Below the pieces are notes generated by a model. It saw only the letters and a program-made list of their open reading frames with translations. It had not been told where the DNA came from and made no database searches. Made by a program: the position numbers and the translations under genes. Shown piece by piece: positions 57,182 to 64,000 of a stretch of DNA of 64,000 nucleotides. The stretch comes from Paraspadella gotoi. Its lineage: Eukaryota > Animalia > Chaetognatha. The stretch spans positions 5,833,525 through 5,897,524 of the forward strand of contig CM119268.1 of the NCBI GenBank assembly GCA_051294375.1, read 5' to 3'. Within the stretch, counting starts at the first letter, position 1. Each line of letters starts with the position of its first letter.

Positions 57182-59258
57182 GAGAGAGAGAGGAGAGAGG
57201 AGAGAGAAGGAGAGAGAGAGAGAGATTCAATGACGTGAACACAGATAAAAAGAGGTATGCAATCCTTAATGATCTTAAATCAGCTGAAAGAACGAACGTA
57301 AATAAATAAGTTTAGACAGCCGGTGGTTGAGGAAGTGCAATATCTTGTTAACTGCCCTTTTAAGGCGCTGACCTTCACCAATATATTTTACAAAATTTAC
57401 GATTGCCGACAACCAGGCAAATTGATTGTGGAGTATATGGACTTGTCATCCCTTATTACCATACACGTGAATTTTTACTGAAAATGATTTGGATATATCA
57501 ATTAGCGGTCTCAATTAAGCCATTAGGAAAACCGGGATCCGATCCCCATAGGTAAGCTACCTTCGGAGAAGGCCCCGTGAGGACGGTGGGAGAGCCGCCT
57601 TCCTAACTATATCATGTATATGTCGTTTAAATATATAAGTATAATAAGAAAATATCATGATATTGAATAACGGACTGTGAGTCTTGATAGGAAAAGCTTG
57701 CAGGGACTGCTACGTCAATATCTTGTAAGAGGGAAGAAGGTCTTACACACCGCCTGTCGAAACAGATGCTGACTTTTAGCGTAAGTTTCGATACGAAGAG
57801 AAAAATCGAAAGAAGAAACATCAAAAAAGGAAGAAGAGAGAAGAAAAAAAGTCTGTTGCTCTTTTGTCATTCATGTATTCAAATGTTTGAAGCACTACGA
57901 CCGGGCGGTGGCGGTGTCGCTGACCGGATATATGAGAGAGAGAGAGAGAGAGAAGAGAGAGGAGAGAGCGAGAGAGAGAGAGAGAGAGAGAGAGGAGAGG
58001 AGACGAGAGAGAGAGAGGAGAGGGAGAGGTTGTAACATCATGAAATTGTGTTTATCTAATCAACAGGAATGACGTTCTAATTTAATGAGACCAAGCTTAG
58101 TCAATGTATGAAAATTGGTACAACGTTTATCGTACAATGTTTATCGTTTTTTATGAATAAATGATTTAGTATCAAAAAAGAATAGTAAAATGCCAAAAAG
58201 TAAAATACAGTAATCCAAAGAAAAATATTTTTTGTTTTTATTTAATTAGTATTTTGGAAAAAAAATGATTACAATAAGTTTATTTATTTATTAGTTAAAA
58301 CCAATGTATAAATTATCCATTCATTTAATAAATTAATATATTGCCCCTGATTTTAGACAGGCTTTGGTGGTTAAGGCAATAACATTCCAAACCCTGCAAT
58401 CATTTCAATCAAGACTCCTCCACAGTCTCGTTATTTACTCCCAAATTACAAGATTACCTGGCTTCCCCTGACAACAAAGTGGTAAAACATTCTCAAAAAA
58501 TAATTATATGTTTTATGTTAATTGTTATATTGTTTTCTAATTTGGGAAAGAGAAACTATTTTTGGTTCAACAAATAATTTTTAGAGAGAGAAGGGAGAAA
58601 AACGTATTTGTATCATGCTTGAGGTGAAGAGAGAGATCTCTCTCTCTCTCTCTCTCTTCTTCACTCAAGCATGATACAAATCGTTTTCTTCTCCCTTCTC
58701 TAAAAATTATTTGTTGAACCAAAAATAGTTTCTCTTTCCCAAATTAGAAACATATAACAATTAACATAAAACATATAATATTTTTTGAAATGTTTTACCA
58801 CTTTGTTGTCAGGGAAGCCAGGTAATCTTGTAATTTGGGAGTAAATAAACGAGACTGTGAGAGAGTCTTGATTGAATGATTGCAGGGTTTGGAATGTTAT
58901 TGCCTTAACCACCAAAGCCTGTCTAAAATCAGGGGCAATATATTAATTTATTAAATGAATGGATAATTTTACATTGGTTTTACTAATAAATAAAATAAAC
59001 TTATTGTAATCATTTTTTTTCCAAAATACTAATTAATAAAAACAAAAAGAATATTTTTCTTTGGATTACTGTTATTTACTTTTTGGCATTTTATCTATTC
59101 ATGTCTTTATTGATACTAAATCATTTATCATAAAAACCGATAAACATTGTACGATAAACGTTGTACCAATTTCATTAACATTGACTAAGCTTGGGTCTCA
59201 TTATAATTAGAACGTCATTCCTGTTGATTAGATAACACAATTTCTGATGTTACAACCT

Positions 59259-59311
<53 letters not shown>

Positions 59312-60009
59312 CCGGTCAGCGACACCGCCACCGCCCGGTCGTAGTGCTTCAACATTTGAATACATGAATGACAAAAGAGCAACAGACTTTTTTTCTCTCT
59401 TCTTCCTTTTTTGATGTTTCTTTCGATTTTTTCTCTTCGTATCGAAACTTACGCTAAAAGTCAGCATCTGTTTCGACAGGCGGTGGTGGTTTAAGACCTT
59501 CTTCCCTCTTACAAGATATTGACGTAGCAAGTCCCTGCAAGCTTTCTATCAAGACTCACAGTCTCGTTTATTCATATCATGATATTTTCTTATTATACTT
59601 ATATATTAAACGACATATACATGATATAGTTAGGAAGGCGGCTCTCCACCGTCCTCACGCTTCCCGAAGGGTAGGTACCTATGGGGATCGATCCCGGTTC
59701 CTAATGGCTTATTGAGACCTATTGATATCCAAATCATTAATAATAATCAGTAATCACAGTGTCATAGTAATAGGATCACAAATCCATAGTAACTCACAAT
59801 CAATTTGCCTGGTTGTCGGCAATCGTAAATTATTGTAAATCATAATTGTGAAGGTCAGACGCCTTTAAAAGGCAGTTAACAAGATATTGCACTTCCTCAA
59901 CCAACCGTCCTGTCTAAATTAAATTTAAATTTAAAACGTTCGTTCTTTCAGTGAAATTTAAGATCATTAAGGATTGCATACCTCTTTTTTATACTGTGTT
60001 CACGTCATT

Positions 60010-60091
<82 letters not shown>

Positions 60092-60146
60092 CTCTCTTCT
60101 CTTTTTTCCCTTCCCTCTCTCCATTAATTTTTTCTTCCTTCGTGTG

Positions 60147-60182
<36 letters not shown>

Positions 60183-60184
60183 CG

Positions 60185-60221
<37 letters not shown>

Positions 60222-60329
60222 TCCTCAGAATTATTGAGTCACTTTATCAATTTTCTTCGCGTCTCAATTCGAAAGTTGAAATCGCTGACCGGAACGAAAA
60301 GGAGAGAAAATGAGATAGAAGAGGGACAA

Positions 60330-60361
<32 letters not shown>

Positions 60362-60386
60362 CAGAAAGAAAGAAAGAAAGAAAGAC

Positions 60387-60465
<79 letters not shown>

Positions 60466-60480
60466 AAAGAGAGAGGAAAG
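56690..60480. repeat. ~1.9-kb-arm inverted duplication centred at 58636/58637
   Basis: Mirror sequence about GAGAGA-TCTCTC, for example 57895-57930 vs 59310-59346. Confidence 0.95.
57530..57603 (+). repeat. Partial 5' copy (C) of the same element; mirror copy at 59634-59700 (-)
   Basis: The cleaner mirror copy reads GATCGATCCCCATAGGTACCTA-CCC-TTCG-GG-AAGCGTGAGGACGG..GCCGCCTT, sharing the GATCCCC and AAGCGTGAGGAC blocks with copies A and B. Confidence 0.7.
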
Positions 60481-60756
60481 GAACAAAAAGAAAGAGAAAA
60501 GGAGAGAGCAATGGAAGGAAGGAAAAATGGAGAAAGGAAAGGAGAGAGGAATGTGACGAAAGAAAAAATGAAAAAAAGAGAGGTGAGGAAAGAGAAAAGA
60601 AAAAAGAGGGAAAAGGAAAGAGAAAAGGAGAGGGGAAAAAGAGAGGAAAGGAGAGATGAAAAGAGAGGGGAAGGGGAAATAGAAAGTCATTTTCGATAGA
60701 GAGGAGTTAAGAATCGAAATTAAAAAGAAATTGATGTATTAGATTACATGGCGTGG

Positions 60757-60904
60757 GACATGAGATGACATGACATGATCCTGCAGATGACATGACCTAA
60801 GACATGAGATGACATGACATGATCCTGCAGATGACATGACCTAAGACATGAGATGACATGACATTATCCTGCAGATGACATGACCTAAGACATGAGATGA
60901 CATG
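60757..60904. repeat. 44-bp tandem repeat, ~3.3 copies, built of GACAT subunits
   Basis: Units start at 60757, 60801, 60845 and 60889. Confidence 0.9.
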
Positions 60905-61660
60905 GTTAGTACAACTAAAAACAAATTCATCTCGTGTGACAAAAACATTTTTTGACGCAACAACAGCAGAAAATATATGAATTGTCTGATTTTAATTTTA
61001 AAGTTAGAAGAAAAACAATATCGAGCAAATTTTTTTCTACATTTTTTTTTATTTTTTTCATTAAGGCCAAAAAAAAGTTTTGAGCTTTCATTTTTTTCAT
61101 TAAGGCCAAGAAAAAAAAGGAAGAGGACTTTTTGCATTTTAATAACTGGAAAATGAAAAGAGTCGAATCGCTTTTGCGGAGCCTGAGAGACGCCAGTTTG
61201 TTGTTGTCGTCGTTGTTGTCGTTGTTGTTGTCGTTGTTGTTGTCGTTGTTTTGACTCGCATTTTTTTCTCTTTTCATTCCATTTTTTTGGACTATTTGTT
61301 TTTTTTTATTTATTATTATTATCTATAAAAAACGTTATATCGGTAAATGATATGAAACGATAAGATTATCAATAATAAAATGAAAAATATAAAAGAAGAA
61401 TAGACTATTAACTATTAACTATTAAAAGAGAAAGAAAATAGAAATGCTATTATTGACTCGTTATATTTAACCAAAACTTCCCAGGAAAGGAAAAACTGTC
61501 GCGTAACAAAGGTAGTAGCTACTAGTTGTTGTTGATGTTGTTGTTATTTTTATTGTTTTAGCTGAATCATCATCATCATCAGCATTTTCGTCTTAAAAAT
61601 AACTAGAATTAAAATGAAAGGAGAATTTTTTTCAATTTCATTTTTTTTTTTGGACAAAAT

Positions 61661-61701
<41 letters not shown>

Positions 61702-62010
61702 TCTCTCTCTCTCTCCATTTGTCTTTCTCTCTCTCTCTCTTTCTATCTGACTCTGTCTCTCTCTTTCTTTCTCTTTCTCTCTTTCTCTCTCTCTTTATTT
61801 TTTTTCACTCTCTCTCTTTTTCTCTCTCTCTCTCTCTCATCTCCTTTTATTTTTCTGTCTCTGCCTGTCTATCTATCTATTTTACTGTCTCTCTTTTTCT
61901 CGTTCACTTTGTCTATGACTTCTGAATCCTGATTATGTGGGATTAGTATTCTTACTCTCTCATTACTATGCTTGGTTGTCTATTTTTTGTTTCTTTATTT
62001 TCTCTTTTCC

Positions 62011-62045
<35 letters not shown>

Positions 62046-63281
62046 CTTGCAATAACACTTGTTGGTTTTATTCATTATTTTCGCTTTCTAAGCTCATTTG
62101 CTCCGTTTTTCTCTCGTGTTCGTTTGAAATATTTTTTTATTTAAATTTTTTTTAATTCTCTATTTGTAAATTCATTCTTTATCTTTTTCTCTCTTTATTT
62201 TTTTTATTTCTTTTTTTTCTTTTTTAATTTCTTTCTTTCTTTTTACTTTCTGTTTTGGTCTGCTCGGTTCTTTTTTTTGGGGGGGGGCAAGGGGCCTAAT
62301 AGGCCTTTTTACTATACTCCTTTTCTACCGCTAAGGCCTTTTAGCTTTACGGGAATATTATTTTAATAATGATTTTTTTTTCTACCTCGCGAATCGCGGG
62401 CAGCAAAGGGACGTCACTAGGGTAAAGAGCTGAGGCCCGTTGGCCCCTTTGGCCCTCTGGGGTTTCAAGGATAGAGAGAGAGAGAGACAGAGATAGAGAC
62501 AAAGAAAAACTCATCTCAAAGTCTAATTCCGTCGGAGTGGGATTAGTTATGAGTAGCGGGTTGGAAGAGAGAGAGATAGAGATAGATAGAGAGGGTTGGG
62601 AGAGAGAAGAGAGAGAGGTTTTAAAAAGGGTTGAGAGAAGGAGAGAGAGAAGGAGAGAAGCTTCGACGTAGAGCGAGAGGAGAAGAGGATGAGCTAGCCT
62701 TTGGAGAAGAGAGATATAGAGAGAACGAGAAGAGAGAGAGAGAGATAAAGAGATAGAGAGGGATGGAGAGGCGGAGAAGGAGAGAGAGAAAGATATATAG
62801 AGAGAGAGGGAGAGAGTGGGGAAGAGAGAACTTAAGATAGAAAAAAAATAATGAAATAGAGAGGGAGAGCGAGAAAGATAGAGGGAAATAGAAAAAGAGA
62901 GAGAGAGAGAGTTAAAAAAAAAGAGGATAAATAAAAAACGTTGACTACAAAAATATATGCAAGAAAAGATGTTATTATTGAAGCTGTAAATATTTGCTAT
63001 CGTGTCTTTTATTTCGCTGACTTTATATCGGGAAGACTTTCTCCCTAAGAAATTCTTTATCTCTCTCTCACTCACTCTCTCTCCTCTTCGATAATTGAAT
63101 AAGGCGAGGAAAAAGGAAGACAGAGGGGAAAAAAAGGAAAATCTTATTAAATCTTGTTGATTTAGTTCTCAACATCAAGTCTGTGGTGATGGGGCTTCGG
63201 AAGAGAATGGCGGGAAAAAACCAAAACTATTACTACAAAAAAAATCTAAACAAAATAGAGAAAAGATAAATCACTCTTCTG

Positions 63282-63315
<34 letters not shown>

Positions 63316-63439
63316 TTTTTGTCTCTCTCTCTCTCTTTTTGTCTCTCTTTCTGCCTCGCTCTCTCTCTCTCCCTCTTTGTTCCTTCTCTAAATTGGCTAC
63401 GCCTTTCCTTAATTAATGGAAGGCGTAATTTTCTTACTC

Positions 63440-63519
<80 letters not shown>

Positions 63520-64000
63520 GAAAACTTTGATTTATGGATGAATAGATCCAAGGATTTTCGTGATATTAAAGACTCCTATTAATCTGGACTCACCAATGTT
63601 GATTGTTCAGCCATCATAGTAAAGCCAATAATGAGTGTTCTTTATGTCCCTTGTAGCATGGTTCAAAATGAGTGGTTTTATAAAGATTAAATTAAAGTTT
63701 AATTATAACAAGGTTTACAATTCGTTTCATTCGTCGGGTTTCTGCAATATTTCTTTGAATTATTGACTCGAAGAACCGAGATCACAAAATCTCTCTCTTT
63801 CTCTTTCTCTTTCCTTCTATCTCTCTCTTTCTCTCTGTCTCACTCTCACACTCTTCCTCTCTCTTTGAAGTTCGACTGAAAGATTTTTCAATATTCACAA
63901 AATTAAAAAAATAAAAGAACAAAGAAAACCGAAATTTGTCTTTAATCTTGAACAATAAATCTCAATTATATTTATATCTATTGGTTAGTTTTTTTTATTC

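Overview
AT-rich, (CT/GA)n-microsatellite-laden animal genomic DNA, probably a protostome invertebrate (Mad-type linker), from a noisy, gapped draft assembly. Four multi-exon genes were reconstructed by hand: a BMP R-Smad (Mad/Smad1/5, 12474-17294 +), a divergent 26S proteasome ATPase Rpt6/PSMC5-like gene (19638-24822 +), DGAT1 (27069-31108 +), and a ~27-exon, ~2000-aa orphan gene (43861-31525 -) with 7-residue repeats and a DnaJ-type CxxCxGxG zinc finger but no J domain that I could see. The strongest hunt result is a ~210-nt dispersed element in host-sense orientation in two introns (plus a partial copy) whose consensus fits a circularly permuted (P5-type) twister ribozyme; each intronic copy is damaged in a different helix. 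Other points: 3-4 weak GC-AG introns, introns with G-rich 5' and C-rich 3' ends and acceptors lacking a U-rich tract, a CCA-bearing tRNA-Leu 3' half, a MITE-like family filled with degenerate TTAGGG repeats, dense promoter motif clusters, and two kb-scale palindromes centred on microsatellites that may be assembly artefacts. Most ORFs in the supplied track are microsatellite translations. All structures and homologies were judged by eye; no searches were run.
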